A stretch of 64,000 nt of DNA, from positions 48,369 through 112,368 of the IMG/VR virus record IMGVR_UViG_3300028874_000010. One strand, written 5' to 3'. The notes below the pieces were generated by a model, which did no database searches, had not been told where the DNA came from, and was given only the letters and a program-made list of their open reading frames with translations. The DNA is from a virus. Shown here piece after piece: positions 20,854 to 31,665 of the stretch (the first letter of the stretch is position 1; each line of letters begins with the position of its first letter). The position numbers were made by a program, and so were the translations under genes.

Positions 20854-21177
20854 TTATCCTATATACTTGCCATCAACAAAAATTCCATTTCCTCTATTGT
20901 AGAGTCGACTATTTCTTGCCAAGTTTCTTTTAAATTCGCCATCGAGATATAATGCTTTACTTTTGATTTCAATATCAGGAATTCGTTTACTTCCATACAC
21001 CAATCCAGATAATGAATAGTTTTCATTACCAATAAGTATAATAGAAGGACTCGCATTATCATTGATAGACTGTAGCTTAATTTTTTTAGCTACATTCCTA
21101 CGATTCATGATATACCAGACAACAATAAAAACACAAAGAAATCGTGAAAAACTTGGTGTTAAAAGCCAGTGTAACAT
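20854..21177 (-). CDS. hypothetical membrane-anchored protein
   Basis: N-terminal hydrophobic segment. Confidence 0.5.
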   Translation of the reverse strand: MLHWLLTPSFSRFLCVFIVVWYIMNRRNVAKKIKLQSINDNASPSIILIGNENYSLSGLVYGSKRIPDIEIKSKALYLDGEFKRNLARNSRLYNRGNGIFVDGKYIG

Positions 21178-21186
21178 TTTTATTCC

Positions 21187-21525
21187 TTATACTATGATCA
21201 TGCCTTTACTTTCAATCCATCTTGCAAGTTTAATACAATCTTGCATTACGAAGTCTTCTGGTGTAACTAAAGCAAATCCCAAATACAGATTACCTTTACA
21301 TACATGTGCAAGATTCTGGGGCAATATTGAATCAACAATAATTTTATATGGAATCATGCACCAGTTCATCATCGAAATACAGGCATTATATCCATCATGC
21401 TCTGATAGATCTTCTTCTGTTTTAAATACCCGAATCAAAAATGGATTGTTTGGATAATCCGGATCTGCAAATCCGGTTGCAGCAACAAGTTCAATAGTCT
21501 TATTTTGTTCTTTTTGTAATACCAT
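21187..21525 (-). CDS. hypothetical protein
   Basis: ORF in gene run. Confidence 0.55.
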   Translation of the reverse strand: MVLQKEQNKTIELVAATGFADPDYPNNPFLIRVFKTEEDLSEHDGYNACISMMNWCMIPYKIIVDSILPQNLAHVCKGNLYLGFALVTPEDFVMQDCIKLARWIESKGMIIV

Positions 21526-21581
21526 ATCATTCTCTATTCGAGTTTCAATTATACAATAGTTTTATTATTTTTGCTCTTGAA

Positions 21582-21830
21582 TTAAATCAATGGAGTTATT
21601 TCATAAAATGGATATTCACTCCAATTATTTTTAATAACCTCACTATCAGACCCAAACCAAATTACAGCTTTAAGACCACGTTCAAAATCAATCTGACTTG
21701 AATCATATTCTGACTTTAACTCTACGACTTTACCAATTCCACCGGGAGTTCTAACGTCCATAAACATCTTAATCCATGTTGCTACATATCGGTTGTGATG
21801 AATCTGTTTATCAAAAAGTAAAGGGATCAT
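21582..21830 (-). CDS. hypothetical protein
   Basis: ORF in gene run. Confidence 0.5.
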   Translation of the reverse strand: MIPLLFDKQIHHNRYVATWIKMFMDVRTPGGIGKVVELKSEYDSSQIDFERGLKAVIWFGSDSEVIKNNWSEYPFYEITPLI

Positions 21831-21878
21831 TAGAACACCGTATTAAAGAATTTTTCCTATAGTACCCGGAACATAATT

Positions 21879-22226
21879 TTATTGTCGTGTATTAATTTTA
21901 ACAGCAAACTCGAATCGGGCAACCCGGCCTGGATAACCTTCAGCTGGTAGATATTCGACGAGCCACCCGGCTTTACGATAGAAATGTTCGATATCAAGAT
22001 AGCAGCCATCAATAATATCTTGGCTTGTGATACGCGTTGGTGAACGTTGTTGTATTTCTAAAATTATTTCTTCTTGTGTAAAAACAGAAGAAGCACCAGT
22101 CCGATCTTCAAACTTAATCAAATTATCCGAAATCAGTTTATTGAATGCTTGAATCACAAAGCCCGGCAAATGTAAACCATTTTCTTTTGATGCTAATGCT
22201 TCCTGAGGTGTTATTGCTTTTTCCAT
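21879..22226 (-). CDS. conserved phage protein, paralog of 22236-22550
   Basis: Shared ITP.EA...P.FV..AFN...LDIE..Y..AGW.V. Confidence 0.7.
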   Translation of the reverse strand: MEKAITPQEALASKENGLHLPGFVIQAFNKLISDNLIKFEDRTGASSVFTQEEIILEIQQRSPTRITSQDIIDGCYLDIEHFYRKAGWLVEYLPAEGYPGRVARFEFAVKINTRQ

Positions 22227-22235
22227 ATATTCCTA

Positions 22236-22550
22236 TTATTGTGTTTTAAACATGAAGTAATGCGGCTGACGCTCCGGATGAGGTTGCTTGATGAACTTTA
22301 CATCCCATCCAGCTTGTTGATAGTGTGGTTCGATATCAAGCATATTCTCGTTGAAGATTTTATTGCGATCTACTAAATCCCCGCCATGCTTAAGAATCAC
22401 TGGAACGATTTCATCAAACGTAATCATAAATGAACAATGCTGGCTACCTTTCTTACCAATGACTTCATTAAAAGCTTCAAAAACGAAATCTGGAATATTG
22501 GCGCCATAAAGAGATTTTGCTTCTGCTGGAGTAATGGGCTTAACTGTCAT
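22236..22550 (-). CDS. conserved phage protein, paralog of 21879-22226
   Basis: Tandem paralog motif. Confidence 0.7.
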   Translation of the reverse strand: MTVKPITPAEAKSLYGANIPDFVFEAFNEVIGKKGSQHCSFMITFDEIVPVILKHGGDLVDRNKIFNENMLDIEPHYQQAGWDVKFIKQPHPERQPHYFMFKTQ

Positions 22551-22551
22551 A

Positions 22552-22839
22552 TTATCCTTTATTTTCAGAATTCTTTCCTATATGAAAGCCATCGCAATGA
22601 ACACATTTATAATTGCTAAAATATAAATCACGTTTCTTCATCATTGCTTTTGCGGCTTTCTCTGCGGACACCTTAGTATTATACTTCACTTTAGGTTTGC
22701 CGTTTGCATTATAATGCGACCGTTTACTAAACAATCCAACAAAATGGCCTTTGAAAAGATTGCGAATAAACCGAGTAAATGGGCCTTGATCAAGTAATAC
22801 AAACCATAAATTTCTCAGTTTTATATTATTCCATTTCAT
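22552..22839 (-). CDS. small zinc-ribbon protein
   Basis: YKCVHCDGFHIG. Confidence 0.6.
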   Translation of the reverse strand: MKWNNIKLRNLWFVLLDQGPFTRFIRNLFKGHFVGLFSKRSHYNANGKPKVKYNTKVSAEKAAKAMMKKRDLYFSNYKCVHCDGFHIGKNSENKG

Positions 22840-23025
22840 ATTTTGGTGTTGCATATTTCGGCGGCGCATTTTCAAGCTGATTCAAGAGTCGAAGGAGTTG
22901 GCTCTTTGGGGTATTTACCGCATGAACAATCTCACTTCGTTTTTCTTGACTTTTGGTCATGATCATTCTCTAGAACATATTGAACATGAAAACCATTATA
23001 TACCAAACTTAAAGTAAGTGAACAA

Positions 23026-23250
23026 TTATTGACGACGTTTCTTCCAATCATAATCAGGACCGGTTTCATCAACACCCGGATGTCCTACCGAATTTGGATT
23101 TTCTGAACATATAGTGACAAATGAAATATTACACCCTATTTGTTTTAGTTTACGAAGCTCTTCACTATATGTCAAAGCAAACTTCATTTCATCTGATCCG
23201 AATTTCTTTGATTTGGGACCTTGTTCATCAGTCCAATAAACTACATACAA
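23026..23250 (-). CDS. hypothetical protein
   Basis: C-terminal SENPNSVG.PGVD..YDWKKRR; start uncertain. Confidence 0.5.
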   Translation of the reverse strand: MYVVYWTDEQGPKSKKFGSDEMKFALTYSEELRKLKQIGCNISFVTICSENPNSVGHPGVDETGPDYDWKKRRQ

Positions 23251-23552
23251 AGTGAATTTTCCTTTTCTTCGAATGATTTTGGACGTATTGGCATAGGCTG
23301 CCAATGAGTTACGTTTCGATATGTTCCCGCTGGTCCTCCACCAACATAACAAAGATACCAATCAGGATATCCCTCGCTATCTATGGATCGCATCTTAGCT
23401 GGTTTGACCCGATAATTATCACATGGCGGATTAACCATACTGTTGATGAATTTGGTTTGCAGACTCTCTGTATCATCTTCAAACACTATGACCCATTGAT
23501 TAATTTCCGGCAATCGATCATCAACGGAAATCCATTCAGGTGAATTTGACAT
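23241..23552 (-). CDS. DUF551-like protein
   Basis: WISVDDRLPE...VTHWQPMP. Confidence 0.75.
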   Translation of the reverse strand: MSNSPEWISVDDRLPEINQWVIVFEDDTESLQTKFINSMVNPPCDNYRVKPAKMRSIDSEGYPDWYLCYVGGGPAGTYRNVTHWQPMPIRPKSFEEKENSLCM

Positions 23553-23573
23553 ATTTTATCGGTGAATTTGGGA

Positions 23574-23649
23574 TGGAGTCTCGAGACGGAATCGAACCGC
23601 CATAGATGGGTTTGCAAGCCATTGCCTAATGCCATTCGGCCATCGAGAC
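23574..23649 (-). tRNA. tRNA-Cys(GCA)
   Basis: TTGCAAA loop, U73, CCA. Confidence 0.88.
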
Positions 23650-23705
23650 ATTTTCTAAGGTAGATGATAACCCACCTTAGAATTTATTTATCTTATATTC
23701 CCGTA

Positions 23706-24236
23706 TTACCGAGAAATTTTATTAGCGGTCATGCGTTGAATTGGGCCACCTGGTGGTTTGCCACTTGCTGCTTTAATTGGTGGCGTGATGGTCTTTGCAA
23801 TACCATCATTGACTTTCTTGACTCGTTGAATAGGCAATTGCGAAACCAGTGCATTTGTTGTTTCTGGTTTCTTTGGATCGACCTTACCTATCACAAAAAA
23901 AGCAACACATCCGTTCATATATGTGATCTTTTCGATTGCGGTGCCAATCATGCCGGTCACGATATCTTCAACAGTATTACCGATAATCACATCAGTCGTT
24001 GCAGTCACTTCAGTAACACGGTCCGATTGACCTTTTCCAACAACATCTAAAACATGTTGATCGATTGCTATACAGTCTGGATAACGACCAGATTCATCAG
24101 GCACACAAGCGGGTTGAACTCCATATTGCGTATTGCCATTAAGCTGTTCGACTTTTGATGTTGCAATGCCTCGGAACCCGGTTGTCACATCAATGACTTC
24201 CATGCCAAGCCCAAGTTCCAATTTTTTACTAGCCAT
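23706..24236 (-). CDS. hypothetical protein with internal duplicated domain
   Basis: Two copies of G..V.D..TG..G.A..K....NG. Confidence 0.65.
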   Translation of the reverse strand: MASKKLELGLGMEVIDVTTGFRGIATSKVEQLNGNTQYGVQPACVPDESGRYPDCIAIDQHVLDVVGKGQSDRVTEVTATTDVIIGNTVEDIVTGMIGTAIEKITYMNGCVAFFVIGKVDPKKPETTNALVSQLPIQRVKKVNDGIAKTITPPIKAASGKPPGGPIQRMTANKISR

Positions 24237-24471
24237 GATGATATCCTTTTATATTGCGTTAACTACGGTTGAAATCTAATAAAATTATTTAACATGCCAA
24301 GGCCCATCACAACCAGTTTGTTCTTGTATACTATCAGAATGTCGCATACAAAAACTATAGATTGGATAAAGCCAATATGCAATAAAATCAAACCTACAGA
24401 AAAATTTCGAAACAAAATCGCCTATCCAGTATAAGGACCAAGATAAAACATAACCCGCCATTTTCGACATA

Positions 24472-25107
24472 TTATCCTTTTTTCTTTGTATAAACAAGTA
24501 AAACAAATTTCTTTAGGTCTGAATTATCGCTCCAGATTTCTTCTTCTGGAACATTCTCACCGTCATACAAAACCGGTTTGCCATCTTTATCTAGTATCAG
24601 ATGACCATGATCAAGAATATAGACTGCTTCGTTTGCCAAATGAGAACGAGCAATTTTCTTCCAAAGCTTGTATCCACCTTCATATTGCAAAGTATCCGAG
24701 ATGATTGTATAACCATCCTGAACCAAAGATGAATACAGAAAGGTTCCAAGGCCTTCGAATTTATTTTGTCTTGCTACTTCAACGAGATCAACTTGTAAAA
24801 TCTTATCCATCAATGGCTTAACATCAGCCCCAATCTTCAAGGTCAACTTAAATAATAGTTGACCGAAAATCATGATTCCATCAGTCCCATCATGGCGCTT
24901 TTGTCTTGTCCCAATAATTGCTGTTTCCAGATCGTTGGTCAACTGAACTTCAACATCGCCTCGCTTAGCAACAAGTTTATATCCTCGTTCTTTCAAGGCA
25001 TCATTGGAAGAAAAGAAAGGTTCCATTGGACCTTCTTCCTCAGTATCAGCAAGTTCAGCACGACTTCGGTGTGGCATTTCATTAAGATATAATTCTTCTA
25101 GTTTCAT
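24472..25107 (-). CDS. putative virion-packaged GNAT-like protein
   Basis: MKLEEL N-terminus; LQVD.VEV..GLG.FLY..ISD..QY.GG.KLWKK; paralog of 32309. Confidence 0.55.
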   Translation of the reverse strand: MKLEELYLNEMPHRSRAELADTEEEGPMEPFFSSNDALKERGYKLVAKRGDVEVQLTNDLETAIIGTRQKRHDGTDGIMIFGQLLFKLTLKIGADVKPLMDKILQVDLVEVARQNKFEGLGTFLYSSLVQDGYTIISDTLQYEGGYKLWKKIARSHLANEAVYILDHGHLILDKDGKPVLYDGENVPEEEIWSDNSDLKKFVLLVYTKKKG

Positions 25108-25187
25108 GGCAAATTCTCCTAAGATTCTTCTGAGGCTATTTATCTCTCTCTCATAGTACTCCAGGAGTGAAGGCTAGTACATTATTA

Positions 25188-25673
25188 TTACTTTATACTT
25201 CTATGATATGCAGCCGATAAAAAATCTGGATCTTTTGCAGTCTTTGTACATAGGAATTGCGGGTCTGGGATAATTCCAACTCGCCCAAGATCTAATCTAT
25301 CAGCATCCCAACATGTTCTAATTGTTAGGCTTGATTGTGTTAACCCATCACTATGATAAGACATTGCGTAACATAGTTCATCAAACCCAGCATCATCAAT
25401 TCTAAAATATCCACCATGGCGTCTAAGCCATATTGCATTTTCTTTAGCTAATAAGCCATGTTCAAAATCTTCACCTTCATGAGTTCGTTTATGATCATGA
25501 AGAAAAGAAAATAGCCAAACTACATCTTCGCGGGCACCTTCAGATCTAGCAATTAAGAGGCCATTCTTTAACACTCTTGACCAATGCCCCGCACCATGAA
25601 TACCTTTCCAATCGAGTTCAAAATTATCTCTAAGGTAATTGAATATTGCTCGTTTGTTGATTTGTGTTTCCAT
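25188..25673 (-). CDS. HD-domain phosphohydrolase
   Basis: HG..HW.RV, LHDHKR, HG, H..G, DADRLD. Confidence 0.8.
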   Translation of the reverse strand: METQINKRAIFNYLRDNFELDWKGIHGAGHWSRVLKNGLLIARSEGAREDVVWLFSFLHDHKRTHEGEDFEHGLLAKENAIWLRRHGGYFRIDDAGFDELCYAMSYHSDGLTQSSLTIRTCWDADRLDLGRVGIIPDPQFLCTKTAKDPDFLSAAYHRSIK

Positions 25674-25677
25674 TGAC

Positions 25678-26121
25678 CTATTTTACTTCCTTTGCGTCAG
25701 AACCAGCCTGGAATTTGTACAACAAAGTCGTGGTGCGATGGCCATAAAACCCGTTATCGATAATTTCAGTGATTGCATCGTCGAACAATACTTCAAACGC
25801 ATCAAATGCATCAACGTAAAATTCTGGGATTTGTGCCAATACTTCAGCAATCGTAGGCTTGAAAAATCCATGATACGCACACGTATGAAATGTCGGGATG
25901 CACCCAATCAATTTCAAACTGTTCATATCTACTTTTTCAGTGAATTTAGGACCCCAGTGAAATGAATCAGTGAACAGATTCGGAAGCTCAATCTTCCACA
26001 AAAGTCCATCCGTACCCCGAACTAACGGAGTGTATTTCCGGATCCTCTCATTAGCAGCTTCTTCAGATATTTCAAGAAGCTCATTTATTTCTTCTTTAGA
26101 TTTAAGACGGAACCAGGTCAT
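25678..26121 (-). CDS. hypothetical phage protein
   Basis: FHTCAYHGFFKPTIAEVLAQIP motif; AAGGA RBS. Confidence 0.6.
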   Translation of the reverse strand: MTWFRLKSKEEINELLEISEEAANERIRKYTPLVRGTDGLLWKIELPNLFTDSFHWGPKFTEKVDMNSLKLIGCIPTFHTCAYHGFFKPTIAEVLAQIPEFYVDAFDAFEVLFDDAITEIIDNGFYGHRTTTLLYKFQAGSDAKEVK

Positions 26122-26337
26122 TATCTTTCCTTTTACGTTCATCCGCAAGTTTATCAAAAAACCCTTTATTCGTAGCGTCAGACCAGGTATCAAGACGTTG
26201 CTCTACAGTCAGAGAACCTCCAGTATTAATCCGCCAGCCTCATAATCAATTAGGTAATTAAAGAATATTATATTCCAATTACCTAATCATGTACAATCAA
26301 TTATGCAGCTTTTTTGATGGTGTGACCTTTAGAATCA

Positions 26338-27633
26338 TCAAACCATGTAGATTAATGTAGCTTTCTTACCACGCTTTGCCTTTTCGATTTCTTGGATAGC
26401 TTCAGAAATAGAATCAACTTCTTTTACAAATACGCCATCTTTCTTTCGAAGCAAACGAATTTTACCAGGAATAGTAATAGGACTGAGTACTTGTGCAATT
26501 GCTGGGCTATGTGCTTGAACAACTGGGGCTACTGCAGCCGCTTGAGCAGCAACTACAGCTTTTGGTTGATATGAAGGACCTTCAGTAAAGGCCTTACCAA
26601 CATGTGGCCAATACATCACACAGGAACCCGTCACGAGCTTCCGATTGACCGAGGTTGATTGGATATAAATCTCCCAATTGCCATGGGCGCCTGGAACGAC
26701 TCGCGCATTCCCAACAGTAGGAAGACCAATCATCTGGCGAGCAGCAGGGCCATAATAAACGGTTCCATCTTTTGAATCACGAATGATAATCAGTTTGTTT
26801 TCTTGGACCTTACTTTCCGTTTTATTCAACAGATAGAAAGCCGAACCTTTAAGCATAGGCTTGTTCAAACGCTTTTCAACGAATGGACGAATTTCTGCGC
26901 CATTTTCATTGTGAAGAACCGGCCACATTGTGATTTCAGCCGAAATATCTTTTAGCTGAGCTTTTGCTTCGGCCACAGTAACATTAGCCGCGCTTGCATA
27001 GAAGGTCGAAGTGCTTTTTACGCCGCGCGACCGTTCTGTGTAATAATCATTGAACGCTGCTGTTGTGGCTTGTGTAGAGACTGTTACACCATGAGCGGTT
27101 TGGTCCCATTCTTGAATATTACCAGACGGGATTCCGAAACGTGTTAGGTTTCGTGTTTCGCCACGAGGAACTCGAAATACGAAAGTCCAACGATCGGTAT
27201 TTTGAAGTTCACGAATTTTGTTGCTGAGAGAAACACCAGTCCATTTCTTAGACGAATTTTCGCCGCCATCTGTTGTTACAATGATTAAGAAAGAAACATC
27301 TGGATCATTCGCATCCGGAACCGATTGAAGCAAATCGATTAGTTCACCAACAGAGTCGAATAGAGGAGTTGAACCGCCAGTTGTTGCATATTCATTTACA
27401 GCAATTGGCTTGATGATATGGATATTCGAATTAACGATTTGGCGCTTGACACCAGTCGATCCACTAGGAAGACGAAGACCGCATTGAATAACACTGACGA
27501 TAGTGTCGAGATTATTCATTCTTGCTGCTTGTTGAATTGCTGAGATATTTGTGTTGAAGTCTTTAGCCGCGTAACGACCGATACCACTCATTGAACCAGA
27601 ATGGTCATTGGAAAAGCCGATATAATTTTTCAT
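26338..27633 (-). CDS. von Willebrand factor A domain protein
   Basis: DHSGSM MIDAS, TPLFDS, TTDGGENSS. Confidence 0.8.
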   Translation of the reverse strand: MKNYIGFSNDHSGSMSGIGRYAAKDFNTNISAIQQAARMNNLDTIVSVIQCGLRLPSGSTGVKRQIVNSNIHIIKPIAVNEYATTGGSTPLFDSVGELIDLLQSVPDANDPDVSFLIIVTTDGGENSSKKWTGVSLSNKIRELQNTDRWTFVFRVPRGETRNLTRFGIPSGNIQEWDQTAHGVTVSTQATTAAFNDYYTERSRGVKSTSTFYASAANVTVAEAKAQLKDISAEITMWPVLHNENGAEIRPFVEKRLNKPMLKGSAFYLLNKTESKVQENKLIIIRDSKDGTVYYGPAARQMIGLPTVGNARVVPGAHGNWEIYIQSTSVNRKLVTGSCVMYWPHVGKAFTEGPSYQPKAVVAAQAAAVAPVVQAHSPAIAQVLSPITIPGKIRLLRKKDGVFVKEVDSISEAIQEIEKAKRGKKATLIYMV

Positions 27634-28218
27634 AAAATTGATGCTCCAAAATATTATTTTTTTAAAGGTACTACAAATTATTTTCAAAGTCGTCGCTTCG
27701 TAATCGCGACATACTTATTTATAGTACAAAAAAGTCACCGCGATTGCAGTGCCTATCATAATGCAAATGACAAATTTTTAAACTGGATTATTTCCGACCT
27801 AACGCTTGATTAATCATTTGTTGGCTACGTGATATTTCTGGCTGCCGAAAATAATCCAACATTGCGGTCATGATTTCCTGAGGACGAACCATATAATGGA
27901 ACGCACGAATCTCATCGCCTTTCTCGTCGACCAATGAAAGGAATTCTTTATTCCGTCCATTGTGATGCACATAGACCTTGAGCATCTAGCCGCCTGTGAC
28001 ATCACTGACATCGCGTGAAATACCTGTGAATCTGTATCTACATCAGTGTCCCACTCGCCGAATGGCGTGACTTCATTGTTGGGGATCTTGATAGGGCTAG
28101 TGCCTAGAAATAACTGTGCTTGATCGAACTTGAGCTTTGGCATATTGAGTCTCAAAAATTACGATGGATGCGTTTGACCGCAATATCAATCTATCACGCC
28201 CATCCATCATGGTACACC

Positions 28219-29424
28219 TTAATAAGCTAAAAGTTTGAAAGCATTATCCCGATTCATTTTAAGAACCTTGCCATAGGTTAATCCAAGTGCACTGCACGAT
28301 TGAACATAGTTATTAGGACTTTGGCCATCCATTCCTAAAAGATCAAACGTATTAATGATTGTGTTTAATGCTGCCAAACCAGTCGGCGATTCGTAAAATA
28401 CTTTACTGGCATAATACATCCGAGCACGATTAGGCATAATGCCTGTTTCGTTAAGTTGCTTAATCAGGAAATCTAGATCCTGATCACCAGTATCGCTAAT
28501 TTTTACTTTATCCCAGGTAACCTTGCCATCAGGATTTCTGTGAGCCATCATGTTATCGAATGCAGAACTATGCATTAAAGCTTTAGCCCATTTGACAGGT
28601 TCATCCTCGAGAGTGAGGCCAGTCCGACGAGCACGGATGATTGATATCTCCCGGAATGCTTGCTGGCGTAGTATAGCGGCGAGAGGGCTTCCCGAGTTGC
28701 TGCCATCATCAGAACCATCACCGAACGATGTCTCGATATCGTAGAACGTATTACACGGATCTAGGACGCCGTTATGCAACGCAGTGGACATACGAGTTTG
28801 ACCATCGTGCCGATCTCTGGTAAGATGGTAATCATAGATCTTGCTTTTCATGTAATGATTGACGAGGCCAGTATCCACGAGACTCGGAACATTAACCAAT
28901 GGATAAAGATCGCCGCCCATATAGGCATGCATTTTGAAAGGCTTGATGGTTTTAGAAAAGCGATTAAAGATGACATTGCGATTGTCGAGGTGCGCGGTGT
29001 ACCTGGACTTTGCTGTCATTTTAGTATTGGCTGGATCAATAAGATCCGAATCAACGAATTCGACGCGTGTTTGAATGTCGTTAACATTGATGCCATGCCA
29101 CATAGAAAATAGTGGTTGGTCAATAACAACTTTATCGAATTTGAATTGGCGAATCAGCATGTTGATATGCTCAATGACTTTAAAGCCACGATAGATGTAA
29201 AGCTTTACGCCGAGTTTGTTTTTGAGCATGGCATCGAATGAGTTGATGCTGCTATAGAAGGCGTTGAGGTTGTCTTGAGAACAAGCGCGATAGATTTCGA
29301 GTTCGCGTTGTCCAGCAAAATAGAATGGAGAGTAATAGACGAATGCACATTCGTCATTGAGGCTGGAGGTTAATCTTGAATCTTCACGGAACGAATGCGT
29401 CATCCATACAAGAGTGCGCGACAT
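28219..29424 (-). CDS. divergent photolyase/cryptochrome-family protein
   Basis: LVWM..SFREDSRL N-terminus, T.MSTALHNG, QLNETG.MPNRARMY.AS. Confidence 0.65.
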   Translation of the reverse strand: MSRTLVWMTHSFREDSRLTSSLNDECAFVYYSPFYFAGQRELEIYRACSQDNLNAFYSSINSFDAMLKNKLGVKLYIYRGFKVIEHINMLIRQFKFDKVVIDQPLFSMWHGINVNDIQTRVEFVDSDLIDPANTKMTAKSRYTAHLDNRNVIFNRFSKTIKPFKMHAYMGGDLYPLVNVPSLVDTGLVNHYMKSKIYDYHLTRDRHDGQTRMSTALHNGVLDPCNTFYDIETSFGDGSDDGSNSGSPLAAILRQQAFREISIIRARRTGLTLEDEPVKWAKALMHSSAFDNMMAHRNPDGKVTWDKVKISDTGDQDLDFLIKQLNETGIMPNRARMYYASKVFYESPTGLAALNTIINTFDLLGMDGQSPNNYVQSCSALGLTYGKVLKMNRDNAFKLLAY

Positions 29425-29477
29425 GATATGCCTCCAAGAATTGGTGTAATTGATTATACACCAATTCTATAAAGACA

Positions 29478-30068
29478 TTACTTAAAGATTACAACGATCA
29501 TACGTTGGAACCAATTTGCGTTGCCCCAAGTAGATGGAATTTGTTTCTTAAACTCGGCATTTGATTTAACATCAATAAATGTTTTGTCATTGGTATTAAT
29601 GACGCGAACAGTTAATTTTTTGTCAAGTGCTTCTTTCACGACAAATGACCAAAAATTCTTACCTTTTTCAGTTTGTTGACTGTCGCTAGCCAAACATTTA
29701 TATTTTGGCCAAAGAATATCCCAAAATACTTTGTTAGCTACTTTTGTTGAAGCATGGTTATCTTTATTACGCCATACTAAAACCTGTCTAATAGCTTTCG
29801 ACGGGGATAGTGATTGGTCAAACTCGACTACATGGTACTTCACAAAATATACAACCCGAGATTTAACTGGTTCTGAAATATCATATACAAAATAATATCC
29901 AGTCCCGCCATCCTCTAATTGGTACAAACTTGCATCATCATCTAGTTTTTCTATTTCTTTTGCAGAGTTAATGTTCTGCAAACAATAATTAGATGCTTTT
30001 TGTACCTCATTTCTATCCAGTGAAGGAATGCTTTGAGGTTCTTCTTCAAGTACTTCAGCAAGTTTCAT
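29478..30068 (-). CDS. putative virion-packaged protein (GNAT-like tail)
   Basis: MKLAEVLEE; ASDSQQT.KGK.FW. Confidence 0.5.
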   Translation of the reverse strand: MKLAEVLEEEPQSIPSLDRNEVQKASNYCLQNINSAKEIEKLDDDASLYQLEDGGTGYYFVYDISEPVKSRVVYFVKYHVVEFDQSLSPSKAIRQVLVWRNKDNHASTKVANKVFWDILWPKYKCLASDSQQTEKGKNFWSFVVKEALDKKLTVRVINTNDKTFIDVKSNAEFKKQIPSTWGNANWFQRMIVVIFK

Positions 30069-30112
30069 GATATGCTCCTTTTTACTATAGTATCACAGGA
30101 TGTGATAGAGCA

Positions 30113-30376
30113 TTAATTCTTTGGCTTCTGTCCCTTGACAACGATACAGCAATCAAGTTCCTTTGGATCCCATTCCTTGACCTTACCGTTTTGACCAATC
30201 AATCCAATGAGTGAGCCATCATCAGAGACCTTGATAAACTCTCCGGCAAAATTGCCGTCTTCATCAGTCAAAACGACACCACGTTCGATTGGTTCTTTTT
30301 CCCAACCATTACCGTATGGGTCTTGAGCGTACACGTCGTAGCTTTGCTTGTTTGGTGCGAATTCTTGAAGTTTCAT
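30113..30376 (-). CDS. small late protein
   Basis: MKLQEF start; ATAAATA upstream. Confidence 0.55.
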   Translation of the reverse strand: MKLQEFAPNKQSYDVYAQDPYGNGWEKEPIERGVVLTDEDGNFAGEFIKVSDDGSLIGLIGQNGKVKEWDPKELDCCIVVKGQKPKN

Positions 30377-30415
30377 GTTAAATCCTTAGATTGTTTCTCT
30401 ATTTATGCCGAACAC

Positions 30416-30690
30416 TTATTTCTTTTTCAACATTAACAAAACATACCGAGTTGCTTCTTTTGCATTTTTCGCTGGCGCCTTCCAAATCTTTTCATCGGCT
30501 AGATTTTTGCCATTGTATTTCAATGGCTTATCTCCATCCATCACTACATTGCCGTTATCGATCACATACACATCAAAGTGAGATGCTTCAGATAATTTAG
30601 CAAGCTTTTCCCACAATTTCTTTCCGCCAATGTATTGCGTGTGATAGGAAATTAAAACATATCCAAATTCAATCAAACTCAAATATAGAT
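30416..30690 (-). pseudogene. 5'-truncated duplicate of the C-terminal part of 32309-32950
   Basis: HTQYIGG.KLWEKLA...FDVYVIDNGNV...PLKY.GKN..DEKIWK.PAK.AK..TRYVLL nearly identical. Confidence 0.7.
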
Positions 30691-30726
30691 TACTCCTTTA
30701 ATTCTTATTTTTATTATACCACAATT

Positions 30727-31488
30727 TTAGCACCAAATTCCTTGGCCCAAGAATAACTTTTCAAGTATGCTAGGATTCTTTTCGTATTTAGACCAGGCAT
30801 TTTCTAGTTGAGCCAATCTATCAGTAACTATTTTTAATGCTGAAATATTCAAGACCATGCCCAAATGACTTGAAAAAATTTCAATGTTTTCAGATTGACT
30901 TGATTCTTTTTCTTGACTCGATACCCAAGGAACAACACCATCAGTTTTGCTATACACCGAAGTCGTAGGAACCGGAGGAGTATTGTGTGGATAATATTGT
31001 TCGTGACGCCCAGATTCTTTTGACACTAAATTAAATAAAGCGGTTGCTTTAGTACATTCGGTAATGTCAGAGAAAGGAGTTCCTAAAGTAATAACTAAAC
31101 GAGTTTCGTCTGGACATAACTTAGATAATTCCCTAGCAAATACTCCGCCAAGAGAATGACCAACCAATGAAACTTTGCGACCGGTTTGTTGATATGTTGT
31201 GTTGATTAGTTGGATGCATTTTTCTACGACACCTGGCTCTGGTCCTTTATTAATACCAAGACCCCAAGGAATAACCTGATACCCGAGACTCTTTAAAAGA
31301 GAACGAAGATAGATAGTAGAAAAATCGCCGTATCCATATCCAGGAAATACTATAACTGGATGACCATCGCCTATTTGATAATCTGTATAAGGACGTAGAA
31401 TTAAAGATGTGATGAATTCAAACATCAATCTTGATTCTAGTAGAATAGGAATAATCCCTGGTGTGGAAACTTCTTTTGTATCATTCAT
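30727..31488 (-). CDS. alpha/beta hydrolase (lipase/esterase-like)
   Basis: GHSLGG nucleophile elbow, DGVVPW, SSHLG. Confidence 0.85.
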   Translation of the reverse strand: MNDTKEVSTPGIIPILLESRLMFEFITSLILRPYTDYQIGDGHPVIVFPGYGYGDFSTIYLRSLLKSLGYQVIPWGLGINKGPEPGVVEKCIQLINTTYQQTGRKVSLVGHSLGGVFARELSKLCPDETRLVITLGTPFSDITECTKATALFNLVSKESGRHEQYYPHNTPPVPTTSVYSKTDGVVPWVSSQEKESSQSENIEIFSSHLGMVLNISALKIVTDRLAQLENAWSKYEKNPSILEKLFLGQGIWC

Positions 31489-31665
31489 ATAATCCCGAAG
31501 GTAATAAACCGTGTTAGATATTTATTACTTTAACCCCGTTCATACTTGATCAAATAATCAATCCGATTTTAGCTTCATTCAATGCAGAAACTATAGCTGA
31601 AAATGTTATTATTCTCTAATATGGTGTTAGAGAATAATAACATAGGGTGTTTATATAGAGTAAGA

